Shown here: piece by piece, positions 1 through 14,639 of the stretch
Layout: every line of letters begins with the position of its first letter
Position numbering within the stretch: position 1 is the first letter of the stretch
NCBI RefSeq assembly: GCF_964194025.1
Contig: NC_134475.1
Location: forward strand, 16,430,001 to 16,494,000
Length of the DNA stretch: 64,000 nt
Reading direction: 5' to 3'
Source: Convolutriloba macropyga
Lineage: Eukaryota
The notes under the pieces: generated by a model
The model's database searches: none
What the model was told of the DNA's origin: nothing
The model's input: the letters and a program-made list of their open reading frames with translations, nothing else
Position numbers and translations under genes: made by a program

Positions 1-400
1 AACTATTTTTAGGACTCCAAGAGGAAGCACTGTGGTGCTTCCTCCGTAACACTCAAAGATATAACATTCAGAAGCGTATTTATGATAAATTTATTGAATA
101 GTTTTAGTTTTAAAAGAATACCGAGGGCAGCTTTGGTGGCTCCCCTGGTTAATGCTTTTAAACGAAATTGACTAAGAAGTGGACCGATGAGTATCACCCA
201 CTACAGAAACGGCCCCACAACCACAACTGCTCGATACTTCACAACATTTGCATTGGAACCTCGGTTGTTTACTTTATATAGATTTGTCCTTTACTTCTTC
301 CAGACTAATTATCTTCACTATTCGCCTATGTTAAGAACAGTTGCAGCCAAATTGCTCTATAACTCGCTCGAAACTCTCTTAGAATCTTAACGAGCAGGAA
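1..400. repeat. Dispersed unclassified repeat
   Basis: 1-168 recurs at 2393-2560. An inverted diverged copy lies at ~16800-17450. 2000-2330 resembles 3930-4250. Confidence 0.7.
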
Positions 401-1955
401 TGACTGTTTCAAGCTACTCAGGACTCTCAAAGAGACTAGCGCTTTTCCGCCTGTGATGAATTACGACGGTGTCAGTTTTTCAACTGACGATAAAAAGGCA
501 AATGCATTCAATGATTTTTTCAGCTCTGTCTATAGTTGTAAAATTCACGAAAATGTTCCAATAGCTTTAGATTCGAGTATTAAATTACAAGATGTTACGT
601 TTGGAGTTCTGGAAATTGAAAAAATATTGAGCAAATGTGATGACAGTTCTTCCATGGGCTCAGATCAAGTACCATCTTTCTTGCTTCGTGATGGCTGTCA
701 AGTTTTAGCCCCAGCAGTTATGGCATTATTTCAAGTTATTCAAAAGTCCTCGCATTGGCCTAAGGAATGGAAAACCTCATATATCACACCACTACACAAA
801 AATGGTTCAGCAAGTGACGTAAAAAACTATCGTCCGATCAGCTTACTTCCAAAACTTTCTATTGTTTTTGAAAAAATGTTGTTCAATTTGTTGTATCCGC
901 TAGTTAGGCCGCTAGTCACAAACGCTCAGCACGGTTTTATGAAGAGACGCAGCACAACTACTCAACTTATTTCATATTTTGATGTTCTTTACAACAATCT
1001 TGACAAAAATTTTCCTTGTGCTAGCGTCTATTTTGATATAAAAAGGCTTTTGATTCCGTTCCGCATCATAATTTACTAAGAAAACTGGCAGCATTTGGGT
1101 TTGACGACGCTTTTCTTCATCTTTTTTTGGATTATCTCGAAGATCGACACCAAATTGTCCGTATAGGATCTTGTTTTTCTAGGCCCTCCGTTGTAACATC
1201 TAGTGTCCCACAAGGAAGTGTCCTTGGACCACTTCTGTTTATCTTGTACATGAACGATTTTGTTGGCCATGTGAAAAACTCCCATGTTTACTTATATGCC
1301 GACGACCTAAAGCCGCTATGCGTTGATTGTTTCGAAGGTCTGCAATGTGACATCAATGGTATTTATGAATGTTCACGCAAAAATCAACTTAAATTTCATC
1401 CAGAAAAGTTTAAAGCGATGAACTTTAAATGCAGCCAGTCTCTCTTATTTCTAGGAGAAGTGGAAATTCTTCTCACTAGAGAGATTATGGATTTGGGAAT
1501 GCTAGTTACTGAAGATCTCTGTTGGACAACACATGTTAAGACGAAACTTGCGAAATGTAATAAAATTTTTAATTTTTTGAAAAGAAGCATACCGTTACAA
1601 GTTTCTATTCTCCGCAAGAAAACGTTGTACCAAACGATGATTCTATCTGTGCTACTTTACTGCTCCCAAGCTTGGTGTATTACAACTGGTATTTTGAAAG
1701 TGTTAGAAAAGTTTCAGCGCAAGGTGTTGCGCTGGGTTATTAGGTCTGAGGATTACAACGAGACACTTTCAAAACTAAATTTGTATCCAATTTGCTATCA
1801 AATTGCGCGAGCTGACCTTATTCTACTATAGAAAACTTGGCATGGAACAATGGAGAGTGACTTAAAGCTGCATGTCAATAGTACGACACTCAGTTCCCGA
1901 GGATCAGTCAAAACCTTTTTTGAACAACCGTTGAACAAAAAATTCAAAACTGACA
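380..1955 (+). mobile_element. CR1-like non-LTR retrotransposon ORF2 (RT) fragment, frameshifted
   Basis: ORFs 453-1079 and 1127-1831 carry RT motifs NYRPISLL, QHGF, VPQGSVLGPLLF and YADD. They are broken by frameshifts and stops. Confidence 0.9.
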
Positions 1956-2560
1956 CAAAGCACATCTTAAGAGCAACGAAACAACTCAATATAAAGTATC
2001 TTGCCGAATGTAAGCTCTTAAATCAATCCGCTGATATCCATTTTTGTTTCTCATACTTCATTAAAAAAGAAAGTATCAAAACCAACTTCAGAACTCGGGC
2101 AGAAAGCGCAAAAACACAGATGAAATTTGAAAAGCAAATTGCAAACGAATGAGCCCCTTCTAATGTGCCATTCACTATCTTGCACAGTGGGGTTTCCCAG
2201 ACGCAGTTGAAATAGAATAAATTCAATTATCGAACCGTGAATGAGATGCTGGGCACACCCAGTAATGAGCTGAATTTTTTTGCACCAAATCAAAAAATGC
2301 TATTTTGGAATGGTTTTTACATAAGAGTTTACTTTGACTACGTAGATTTTGTTAAGATAATCTACGACCACAAGGATTGTTACAATTTTCAAAACTATTT
2401 TTAGGACTCCAAGAGGAAGCACTGTGGTGCTTCCTCCGTAACACTCAAAGATATAACATTCAGAAGCGTATTTATGATAAATTTATTGAATAGTTTTAGT
2501 TTTAAAAGAATACCGAGGGCAGCTTTGGTGGCTCCCCTGGTTAATGCTTTTGAACGAAAT

Positions 2561-3615
2561 CTAGTGTCCCACAAGGAAGTGTCCTTGGACCATTTCTGTT
2601 TATCTTGTACATGAACGATCTTGTTGACCATGTGAAAAACTCCCATGTTTACTTAAATGCCGACGACCTAAAGCTGCTATGCGTTGATTGTTTCGAAGGT
2701 CTGCAATGTGACATCAATGGTATTTATGAATGTTCACGCAAAAATCAACTTAAATTTCATCCAGAAAAGTCTAAAGCGATGAACTTTAAATGCAGCCAAT
2801 CTCCCTTATTTCTAGGAGAAGTGGAAATTCTTCTCACTAGAGAGATTATGGATTTGGGAATGCTAGTTACTGAAGATCTCTGTTGGACAACACATGTTAA
2901 GACGAAACTTGCGAAATGTAATAAAATTTTTAATTTTTTGAAAAGAAGCATACCGTTACAAGTTTCTATTCTCCGCAAGAAAACGTTGTACCAAACGATG
3001 ATTCTATCTGTGCTACTTTACTGCTCCCAAGCTTGGTGTATTACAACTGGTATTTTGAAAGTGTTAGAAAAGTTTCAGCGCAAGGTGTTGCGCTGGGTTA
3101 TTAGGTCTGAGGATTACAACGAGACACTTTCAAAACTAAATTTGTATCCAATTTGCTATCAAATTGCGCGAGCTGACCTTATTCTACTATAGAAAACTTG
3201 GCATGGAACAATGGAGAGTGACTTAAAGCTGCATGTCAATAGTACGACACTCAGTTCCCGAGGATCAGTCAAAACCTTTTTTGAACAACCGTTGAACAAA
3301 AAATTCAAAACTGACAACTGTTTTCTTAGTCGAACTATCCACTCCGCCAAATACTTAATTTCTATCAACGTCATTGACTTTAGGTCATCTTTCAATATTT
3401 TTTGTAAGAATTTAGATAATTTTCTCATAGCCAAAACACTTTCTTTTAATTACTTTCGGCCATGTACATATTTTCTTAAATGTCGCTGTGTGGACTGCAG
3501 ATCTTAATTTGCTACTGTGCTTTGTTAATTTGTACTGTAATGTCTTTCTTTTACTATGTATTCCTCTTGTTGGAATTTAAGTCTTTTACTACTACTACTA
3601 CTACTACTACTACTT
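2561..3615 (+). mobile_element. Second copy of the same CR1-like RT 3' half, with intact C-terminus and (CTA)n tail
   Basis: 2561-3316 is near-identical to 1200-1955. It ends in C-x-C-x-x-C followed by a (cta)n microsatellite at ~3587-3614. Confidence 0.9.
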
Positions 3616-4859
3616 AACAAGAAAAGCTCAATGACGTTTATCTGTCATATCCTTGTGCTTATGTTGACCCCAAAACTAAAATTTATATGTTTCCCTATTT
3701 GACTTCTGTGCCTTTGGAAATGGTGCAGCGGATTATTTGGCACGATGTACTCAATAAAACCATCGCATTACACGAAGTGAATAAAAACATCTTCCAGACT
3801 GTCTCACACCTATGAGAAACCCTCAAAATGTTCCAAATCTACTTCGCGTGGTGCCGTCTTTATTGTGCCCCATACTTATTTTAAGACCTACTCAAAACGT
3901 TGCACTGTTACGTTGCTGCCAAATATAAACTCTTACATCAACCTGCTTATCTCAAACTTTGTCTATCATCTTTCATTACCAAGAAAATATCAAGCCCAAC
4001 TTCAAAACAAGGGGCAAAAAGCGCAGTAACCCTGATGAAAGATAAAAAGCAAAACGCAAAAAAATGAGCCCTTTCCATTCAAATTGGAAATTACTACCTT
4101 GCACACGAGGGTTTCCCAGACGCAGTTGAATTAGGATAAATTTATTTACCGATTCGCGAATGAGATGGCGTACACCCAAAATGAGCTGAGATTTTTTTCA
4201 GCTAATCAATAAATGCTGATTTGGAGTGTTTTTACTGTAAACTTTACTGCAAAAGAAGGACTCCAAAAACCAGAACGATCAAGCATTGACTCCATGGGAA
4301 AAGTTAGGAACTGGCTACAGCAACCACACGAAACGGTTGCTGAACGGGGAAATTTTGTCTCAGCCATGCACCAACACACTCAGGGCCTACTTTTCGTGTA
4401 GATTCTGGCAAATCATACCACAGGCACAGGCCGCCTCTGAATCCGTTGCGTTGCTACCACCAATCAATTGACATTCCTAGTAATCAGAAAATTAGTCCGT
4501 ACCTGAAGGAAGTCAATATCGCACCATCAACTGCAATAAAAAGTGGAAATAGTTTCGTCCAATATGGAATTCTGCTTGACCTATGTTGTTGATTATGGAC
4601 TCGTTATGAGCAAGGTGAGCTTGCTCAAATGGACTACAGTTTCTGTTAAAGCAAAGCTGTGCTGAACCATCTTAAGCAGAAAGAAATTTTACCAGCCAAG
4701 TAGTAAATGGTGGAAATAGTTGCTGAACGCACATTCATATGCATCAGAAAGCCTTATTTCTACAATGGCTCTCCTCTAAACAATCAACACTTAATAAGAA
4801 CGACCTATACCTATTATAGTTCTCATTAACTAAACAACCTTAAGAGGTGCCTCGTGGCT

Positions 4860-6120
4860 AGACTAATGATGCAAAACGCTCACACCTATATGACAACCTT
4901 ATTGCCAATCAAATTTAAGTATTCATCACTGAGACGTGGTTGTACCACACTATTGAAATAGTTGTTGCCTCTTTGTTTGGACAATAATCGATTGGACGAC
5001 AAAATCGTTGCAATGGTCCTCAAGCCTGTTTAATTGTTAAAAAAAACGTGTAAATATCTCCTTTTCTAATGTAGATGTCACCAATGTTTCACTCAACGAC
5101 TACTTTGTTTTTGGCTGTGCCTCAGTGCTCAACTGTGGGAACAGGGAACCAAAACACTACTGCTGTTTGTCTAGATATTTTTTCCTTAATTTTTTAAAAT
5201 TCATCAGAGCGAAAGAACATTGATAAATTCACTAAGAGCTATTTTCAAGTCTTTTTATTTGGCGTCGATAGTTTTAATTACGTTTTCCCTGAAAATTTGA
5301 AAGTCTCTCATAATACTCCTTCAGGTAAAGATGATTCCAAGACTGCCTTGAAAACTACAGATCTATGAGCGTTCTTCACAAAGATCCTATGGCTTGGAAG
5401 CAAATTACCGATTACAATCATTGGATATTTTAATGCTGTTGACCTTAACTGTGTCAAAGCGCTTCACAAAGTTGTTCTCACAAAAAATTTAAACTATTTG
5501 TTTGGACTTGAGTATCATTTTGTTGATCATGTCATACTTTTTTGTGGATCTCAGAAATTCTTCATCAATTAGTATCACTCAAACTCCCTGCAAGTACTTA
5601 GCGGAGTACCTCAAGGCTCGGTGTGGGGTCCCAGTTTAGTTCTGTTAATTAGCAATCTTCCATCAGTTTTTAAATGTGCTATCCCCTAGTTCCTTTCCGA
5701 CAACCTCAAACACCTCCTTAAAACAGCAATCTTTTTGATGATCCAGCTCTGTTGAATTATTGAAATATTATGAATGGAATGGTCGCCAACGTCTGAAGTA
5801 TAACCCTGAATTTCAGTTCTGTCATTAACGTCGGGTCAAGTCGCAGTGCTTTGTTAAACGGAACATCACGAATCACAAAAAGATCGCGGAGTAATTGTGT
5901 CTTCCATAATGAATTGATGTCATAATTTGTAAAGCACGAAAATCCTTTTACTTTTGAGAAATATCATTCACTGGAATACGCCTTGAAAGACAAAGAACAA
6001 CTTCTATAGCACTCTAATGTTATCTGTTCCTCTGTAAGGCTCTTTCATCTGCTCTTCATCTATTTTTTACTAAGGAAGAATCCCTCCAAAAACATTGCTT
6101 GCAATGGCTGTTTGTGAGAA
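4860..6120 (+). pseudogene. Highly decayed LINE (APE endonuclease and RT remnants)
   Basis: FITETWL-like motif at ~4922-4942 and GVPQGSVWGP at ~5603-5632. No long ORF. Confidence 0.55.
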
Positions 6121-6721
6121 AACAGAATGAAAAAACCACGCCGAGAGCGCATAATCAACTAAAATTTGCCACTTTTCTTGATTTCGAATCCATTTTGATG
6201 CTAATAAATTTGCTTCATCTTTGTGTTTCTTAATAGAAGCTCAATGTGTCTCTGCTTTATTGTGGTTGAGAGAATATCCTGGCAGAAAAGTTACTGCAAG
6301 TTTTCTAATAATGCTTGAAAAGTTACATTTTCTCATTTTGTGGAAAAAATTTGGTTAGGGATTTTCATAGAGTAGATTTTCTTCGGGGTTTGTTCATTTT
6401 AATCTCCACTCCGTTACTTTCGTCTTATATAATCATAAAATTATAATGCTTCATTTGTGATCAATTTGTGGAAAAATTTGGTTAGGGATTTTTGTAAAGA
6501 AGATTTTTCGGGGTTTGTTCATATTAACCTCCACTCCGTTAGTTTCGTCTTATATAATCATAACACACCCCAAGCCATAAATTGAGTAACATTTTTACCT
6601 ACCATTCAGAGAATTTCCAGAAAAAACTGCGTTCAATTATACGACGCTATTCAAAAAACAGCGAAACATATCTTTTGTGTAATAAAAGTTAAACATTTAC
6701 CTCTAGATAATATCATTGAAT

Positions 6722-7291
6722 NNNNNNNNNNNNNNNNNNNNNNNNNNNNNNNNNNNNNNNNNNNNNNNNNNNNNNNNNNNNNNNNNNNNNNNNNNNNNNN
6801 NNNNNNNNNNNNNNNNNNNNNNNNNNNNNNNNNNNNNNNNNNNNNNNNNNNNNNNNNNNNNNNNNNNNNNNNNNNNNNNNNNNNNNNNNNNNNNNNNNNN
6901 NNNNNNNNNNNNNNNNNNNNNNNNNNNNNNNNNNNNNNNNNNNNNNNNNNNNNNNNNNNNNNNNNNNNNNNNNNNNNNNNNNNNNNNNNNNNNNNNNNNN
7001 NNNNNNNNNNNNNNNNNNNNNNNNNNNNNNNNNNNNNNNNNNNNNNNNNNNNNNNNNNNNNNNNNNNNNNNNNNNNNNNNNNNNNNNNNNNNNNNNNNNN
7101 NNNNNNNNNNNNNNNNNNNNNNNNNNNNNNNNNNNNNNNNNNNNNNNNNNNNNNNNNNNNNNNNNNNNNNNNNNNNNNNNNNNNNNNNNNNNNNNNNNNN
7201 NNNNNNNNNNNNNNNNNNNNNNNNNNNNNNNNNNNNNNNNNNNNNNNNNNNNNNNNNNNNNNNNNNNNNNNNNNNNNNNNNNNNNNNNNNN
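6722..7291. other. Assembly gap (570 N)
   Basis: Run of N. Confidence 1.
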
Positions 7292-7719
7292 TTCCAGTTT
7301 GAAAAGTTTGATATAATAAGTTTCTCCTATCTATTCACGGATGTCTGAAAAAAATTATGTCGTCCTCTATCTCTTTTGTTCGCGCATCTTTCTTGATCTA
7401 TAATTGTTGGAGTTCGTATGAAGCATGATGTAAAAGTCAATGCCTCATGTGAAAAACAAATGCTTAGGTCACATTTACCGAGCCAAATTTCCTGTTAAGC
7501 TTGTTCTTAAAATGGCATCAAGTTAAATAGTCGTCAAAAATAACTTGGCAAAAAATACAAAATTTTTTTTCATGCGATTAAAATAAAACGATTTTTTGAA
7601 ATTATTCACAGTTAAAATATATTTTATTTCAGAAAATTACTTCAATCTCTATTCCTGAGTTTTTGAAAATCCCGGGTATATTGCTGCCTATTCCTGATAA
7701 AGGATTCTTACTTTCATTC

Positions 7720-10700
7720 CTACGCACCATTGACAAACTCAAAAGTGCTTTCAATATCAAATATTAACTAAAAAAATTTTCAGTTTTTTACGATAATAAA
7801 ACTCATGGGGTACTAGTTCCATTTCAAAAAGCAAAGTATTCCATTCGAAAGGAACAGCAAAACTGAATGATCATTGCCCAAATGAAGTTGTGACATTAGG
7901 AACTTTCAAATGGTACGCAAATCGGCATCTAGTCACTTTATCTTTTGGGAAAACTAGTGCGCCAAGATAAATCGAAACTTTCCACGGATGGTGAATTAAA
8001 CGGTGACTTTAAAGTAGAATTTTGTTTACGACACGTTGTTTCATGGGTATCCAATGAAACTCTTTGATATAATTTGCAGTTGGTGAACCAAGTGTTAGCC
8101 AAAAGTGAGACGACGCTGTAATTTCTGTATAATATAAAAAGGTAGTCCATATTACAGTGAGTTGCAGTAATCTAGTTGCGAGAGAATCCTTACCCGAACT
8201 AACTCAATCAATGCCTTTCTGTCGACTGTATCTCTCATTGAATACATTTTCCACAGGAAATAATAACATCTACAGCACAAAGAACTAACTTGTTTTGTAT
8301 ATGAAAATCTAGAATCTAAGATGAAGCACAACAAAGTAACTTCCTTAGAAAAATTGGCGTATAAACGTTGTTCAATATCGCTATTTAAACTATTCTTTCT
8401 CTTAAAAAAACTTGTACTCAGTTTTATTCGAGTTTAATCTGAGCTTAGCACCACTGAACCGTTCTTGCAGAGTCGTAAGTATCAAATCAAAAGCCCCCTG
8501 ATTTATCGATGCATAGTATACAAAATAGATAAGTGTCATCGGCATAAAAATGATAATTGACATCGAAGACGTTCAAGCAGAACTTCCAGAGGAACAATAT
8601 AGCATGAAAAAAGAACGGAACCTATCACAGATCCTTGAAGAACGCCTTTTTTATGGTTCTTGGCATCCATTTTTCATAATCAATCAACATTTTATGAAAT
8701 TTACTATCAGATAACTATTTAAAAAGCTAAGCACGTTATCTTTAAAACCCAAACCTGTTTCAAGAATTGAAAGAGTTAATTCATGATCGAGAGTGTCAAA
8801 AGCAGCTGATTGACCAAGTCCGATATAAAAAGTGCTTTTTGTTCTATCTAAGTTGAGGAGCAAATCTTTTGTCACCTTAACGAGGGCTGTTTCCGTAGAA
8901 AAAAACCTCTTGTAGGCACTTTGGTATTTGCTAAAGATATTTTTTTTTCATTGTGATCACGCATATGAATAAAGGCCGCCCGTTCTAATAGTTTTGAAAT
9001 GTAACTTAGGTTTGAGATAAGTTGATAATTTGAACAATCTTCATTGTCAGAATTTGCTTTTCTCAAGTGGGGCTTAACAATGGCCATTTTAAAGGACTGA
9101 GGGAAATATCGCGCCTTCAGAGAAAGATTAGGAATTTTCTGGAGGTCGAGGTAATCTGGAAATGATTTTACAAGATGGGTCGGAATGATGTCCAGTGGAG
9201 ATGTAATATTTGACGACGCTGAAATCAAATCTCTAAATTGATTTATTGACAACTCTGTTAACGAATTCATTGAATTGACTTCAGTTTTCAGATCTTCAGG
9301 GCCTATTTCAGTGGGAATTAATGCAACAATGTTTTCCACTCTAGATATAAAGAACTCGTTGAAGTCGTTTGCAAGCTGTTTTTTGTTTTCAAATTGCGGG
9401 AGATGTTCTACATTTTGATCAAGAAGAAATTTTAAGGTGGCAAACTTTTGTCGGCTGCAGTTTTTTTGATCAACGCATTCTCATTGTATAAACTACACTT
9501 TACTAAGAATTTTTCAAAATAAATATTGGTAACTTTTTCATATTCAGAATTTAGTACAGATGTTTTCGACTTTCTGTATTTACGCTCTGCTTTTCTCTTG
9601 TTTCCTTTCAAACTCAAACATTGTCATCAAAAAATGTACATTGATGTTTAGTAGAGGTTTTTACTTTGAGTGGTAGAACGGGGTCCAAAATTTTCTCAAA
9701 CCTTAGATACTTATCCCATGCTTCATCAATACTCGAGGAAGCATCAAACTTTAAGCACGGCTTTAACCTTCAGAGTCAAACTTTTTCCAATTTCTATACA
9801 TCTGTTGAAATCAACCAGGAGAACAATCTTGTCAAATTGTAGCCTTTTCTCTTCAAAAAATAGTAAAGTGATCAATGAATGATTTAACATTTAATCCAGG
9901 TGGTCAATAATTAGCGATTACTAATTAACTGGTAGCCTCAAATGTTAAAGAGGCGTTACAGCATTAAAAAAATTCCGATATAATTTCAAAATTTTCCAAA
10001 TGGAGATCATAACTGTAAAAGAAGCAAGTTCCACCTCCTCTTTTATTAATCCTTGGCGCACTATAGAGAAAAAACCCAGGGGTACAACACAGTTTTAGAC
10101 TAAAATCGTCACCTGAGTTGTTCGTAATCCACGATTCTATAAATACTCCCAAACTTTTTCTTTTACAACCAAGAGCGCATTCATATCTTTTGTCTTGTTA
10201 CTGACAGAACGTACATTATGTAGACAAATGTTTAGTTCTGTAGGTCTTTGTTTCGCCTAGCTCTGTTTTAATGGAAGACTGGCTAGTAGTCATTTTTTAG
10301 CCACTTTTGTAGCCAATGACGGGAGGCTTCATTCAGGTGAAATCCTGTCACCGAAACTTTTTAGTGCCCGAAATCAGGTAACATAAATTTCTCCTCATCA
10401 AAATTAAAACCACCAGGAAAAGCTTTGAGGTGAGCTTCTGACTTCGAAATTGGGCGAATATGATTTAATTCAACGTTTTTTCTACACAATACTCCTCCAT
10501 TTCTTATGCTGTTATGTTCTGACTCAATCAACTTCTCAATCAACTGGAAATTTGGCGAATAAGAATTAGTTCAACGTTATTTTCTATACAGTACTCCATT
10601 TCTGTTGCTGTTATGTTCTAACTCAATTAACTTACACATAAGTGACAATGCTTCGGGGCTTTTTGACAACCTTGATGGCTGCTGGATTGGTGTTAGTTCA

Positions 10701-10860
10701 CGATTTTACCTCCTTAGTTGATCTTATTTTTCTGCGTACAGTTTCAATTTCACAATTATCTGCCGTTCTTTTTTTGTTTAATGTCGCACTGTGATAACTG
10801 GATGAGCCGTCGTTTCAATTCTTGCCGGGTCCAGTTTTTGCAGCTTTTAAAAAAAAGGAA
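7720..10860 (-). mobile_element. L2-clade LINE, internally deleted copy 1
   Basis: Minus-strand fragments: APE (ESWI, RGGG), RT (ISNLSYISKLLE, SAAFDTLDH, GVLQGSVIG, YADD) and the L2-type LSQLDYCNSL. Confidence 0.85.
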
Positions 10861-11039
10861 TTCCAGAGCAGATAGTTCTGCAGTATCGATATTTTGAAAT
10901 TATTCACAGTTGAAAAGATTTTTACAACAATTTATTTACAGTTATTACACTAAAGTTACTTCAATCTCTTTTCCAGAGTTTTTGAAAATCTCGGGTATAA
11001 TGCTGCCTATTCCTGATAAAGGGTTTTCACTTTCATTCC

Positions 11040-14000
11040 TACGCACCAATGACAAACGCAAAAGAGCTTTCAAAATCAAATATTAACTAAAAAAGTCTTC
11101 AGTTTTCAACGATAATTAAAACTCATGGGGTACTAGTTCCATTTCAAAAAGCAAATTATTCCATTCGAAAGGAACAGCAAAACTGAATGATCATTGCCCA
11201 AATGAAGTTGTGACATTAGGAACTTTCAAATGGTACGCAAATCGGCATCTAGTCACTTTATCTTTTGGGAAAACTAGTGCGCCAAGATAAATCGAAACTT
11301 TCCACGGATGGTGAATTAAACGGTGACTTTAAAGTAGAATTTTGTAGACGACACGTTGTTTCATGGCTATCCAATGAAACTCTTTGATATAATTTGCTGT
11401 TGGTGAACCAAGTGTTAGCCAAAAGTGAGACGACACGCTGAGTTCATTATACGCTGTAATTTCTGTATAATATAAAAAGGTAGTCCATATTACAGTGAGT
11501 TGCAGTAATCTAGTTGCGAGAGAATCATTACCCGAACTAACTCAATCAATGCCTTTCTGTCGACTGTATCTCTCATTGAATACATTTTCCACAGGAAATA
11601 ATAACATCTACAGCACAAAGAACTAACTTGTTTTGTATATGAAAATCTAGAATCTAAGTTGAAGCCCAACAAAGTAACTTTGTTAAAAAAAATTGGCGTA
11701 TAAACATTGTTCAATATCGCTATTTAAACTATTCTTTCTCTTAAAAAACATGTACTCAGTTTTGTTCGAGTTTAATCTGAGCTTAGCACCACTGAACCAC
11801 TTTTGCAGAGTCGTAAGTATCAAATCAAAAGCCCCTTGATTTATCAGTATTTGCATAAAGGCCGCCCCTTCTAATAGTTTTGAAATGTAACTTAGGTTTG
11901 AGATAGGTTGATAATTTGAACAATCTTCATTGTCAGAATTTGCTTTTTCTCAAGTGGGGCTTAACAATGGCCATTTTAAAGGACTGAGGGAAATATCGCG
12001 CCTTCAGAGAAAGATTAGGAAGTTTCTGGAGGTCGAGGTAATCTGGAAATGATTTTACAAGATGGGTCGGAATGATGTCCAGTGGAGATGTACTATTTGA
12101 CAACGCTGAAATCAACTCTCTAAATTGACTTATTGACAACTCTGAGAACGAACTCATTGAATTAACTTCAGTTTTCAACTTCAGGACCTATTGCAAGGAA
12201 TCAATGCAACAATGTTTTCCACTGTAGATATAAAGAACTCGTTGAAGTCGTTTGCAAGCTGTTTTTTGTTTTCATATTTCGGGAGATATTATACATTTTG
12301 ATCAAGAAGCAATTTTAAGGTAGCAAAATTTGTCGGCTGCAGTTTTTTTTATCAACGCATTCTCATTGTATAAACTACACTTCGCTAAGAATTTTTCAAA
12401 ATAAATATTGGTAACTTTTTCATATTCAGATTTTAGTACAGATGTTTTCGACTTTCTGTATTTGTCATCAAAAAATGTGCATTGGTGTTCAGTAAAGGTT
12501 TTTACTTTGAGTGGTAGAACGGAGTCCAAAATTTTCTCAAATCTTAGACACTTATCCCATGCTTCTTCAATACTCGAGGAAACATGAAACTTTAGGCACG
12601 GCTTTAATAACCTAACAAAACCTTCAGAATTAAACTTTTTCCAATTTCTATACATCAAACGGTGCTGAGATTTGGGTTTTTTCACACTGCTGAGCGAGAA
12701 GCAAAAAAATGAATGGACCGAAGACGGAATAAAGGTATTCGATTTAACATTAGTTGAAATACTGTTTGACGCTAAAAGATGGTCAAGAATCCCACCACTT
12801 CTGTTCGTTTCTCGCAGACGTGCTGAGTTCAGCCAAAATCTTTAACAAATACGTTCGACATTTTCGATTCATCGTTATTTAGGTTCAGTGAATTGTTGAA
12901 ATCAACCAGGAGAACAATCTTGTCGAATTGTAGCCTTTTCTGTTCAAAAAAATAGTAAAGTGATCAATGAATGATTTAACATTTAATCCAGGTGGTCAAT
13001 AATTAGCGATTACTAATTAACTGGTAGCCTCAAATGTTAAAGAGGCGTTACAGCATTAAAAAAATTCCGATATAATTTCAAATTTTTCCAAATGGAGATC
13101 ATAACGGTAAAAGAAGCAAGTTCCACCTCCTCTTTTATTAATCCTTGGTGCACTATAGAGAAAAAACCCCGGGGGACAACACTGCTCTAGACTAAAATCG
13201 TCATCTGAGTTGTTTGTAATCCGCGATTCTACTAATACTCCCAAACTTTTTCTTTTACATCCAAGAGCGCATTCATATCTTTCGTTTTGTTAACGACAAC
13301 GTACATTATGTAGACAAATGTTTAGTTCTGTAGATCTTTGTTTCGCCTAGCTCTGTTTTAATGGAAGACTGGCTAGTAGTCAAGTTTGAGGCACTTTTGT
13401 AGCCAATGACGGGCGGCTTCATTCAGGTAAAATCCTGACACCGAAACGTTTTCAGGCCCGAAATCACGCAACTTAAATTTCTCCTCATCAAAATTAAAAA
13501 ACAATGAAAAGCTTTCGGGTGAGCTTTTGACTTCAAAATTATCGAATATGAAATAATTCAACGTTATTTTCTACACAATACTCTTCCATTTTTGTTGTTG
13601 TTATGTTCTGACTCAATCAATTTCTCAATCAACTCGAAATTTGGCGAATAAGAATTAGTTCAACGTTATTTTCTACACAGTACTTCTCCATTTCTGTTGC
13701 TGTAATGTTCTGACTCACTCAACTTACACATAAATAACAATGCTTCGGGGGTTTTTTGACACCCTTGATGGCTGCTGGATTGGTGTTATTTCTTGATTTT
13801 ACCTCCTTAGTTGATCTTATTTTTCTGTGTACAGTTTCAATTTCACAATTATCTGCCTTTCTCTTTTTGTTTACTCTCGCATTGTGATAACTGGATGAGC
13901 TGTCGTTTCAATTCTTGCCGGGTCCAGCTTTTGCAGCTTTTAGAAAAAGGAAGTCCGGTTTCTTTATCAACGCTATCTCATTGCGTAGTATTGTCACCTC

Positions 14001-14420
14001 TTGGATCAAAGAATAAACAAAATCAAGCTTTTTCTCCACGGCAGTAATTTTGTACAGCGCAGATAGTTCTGCAGTACAGATAGGAGGACAGCCAGCACAT
14101 GACCAGTAGATCATTCCGTGATACTAGCGGTACTTAAAATTCCCAAACAACCAAAGTGAACAGAAAGTTTCTTACATTTGACAAAAAATGCACTCAATTC
14201 TACATTGCAAAGCTCGTTACAAATATTGCGGATAAGTTCAGGCGATGGCAGCGGCAGTGGGGGCACCATTGTAACTTGGGATAAAATAGGGACTAAGGGA
14301 AGTGGCCGCTAGGGGCCTAACTAACTAGTCAAACAAATGTGGAGAACACTCACACCAACTGTTTGACTAAGAAAAATATTGAGGATGGCAAAAAAGTTAG
14401 GAAACAACCAAGCAGGTGCG
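11040..14420 (-). mobile_element. L2-clade LINE, copy 2, including PHD-like ORF1 5' end
   Basis: Paralogous to 7720-10860 with different deletions. ORF1 remnant CNELC...KCKKLSVHFGCL...WSCAGC at ~14090-14270. Confidence 0.8.
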
Positions 14421-14639
14421 GAGAACACTCTCGCCAAATGCTTGATACCAAATATGGAACTGTAGTTAATTTTCGTATGAATTAATCCGCCGGAAGCTGA
14501 AACCCCGGTAACTGGGGCTACCCATACAAAGTCCGGACTCTGACACCACAGTAAATAACAACAATCAAGAGCTGAAACTCAATTTAATAGCCTCCCGGGT
14601 GCACAGTTCAAAAAATTAATCACAAAGATTTGGCTAAAA

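Noticed and set aside
6716-7348. 210-aa ORF
   Set aside because: Artefact of the N gap.
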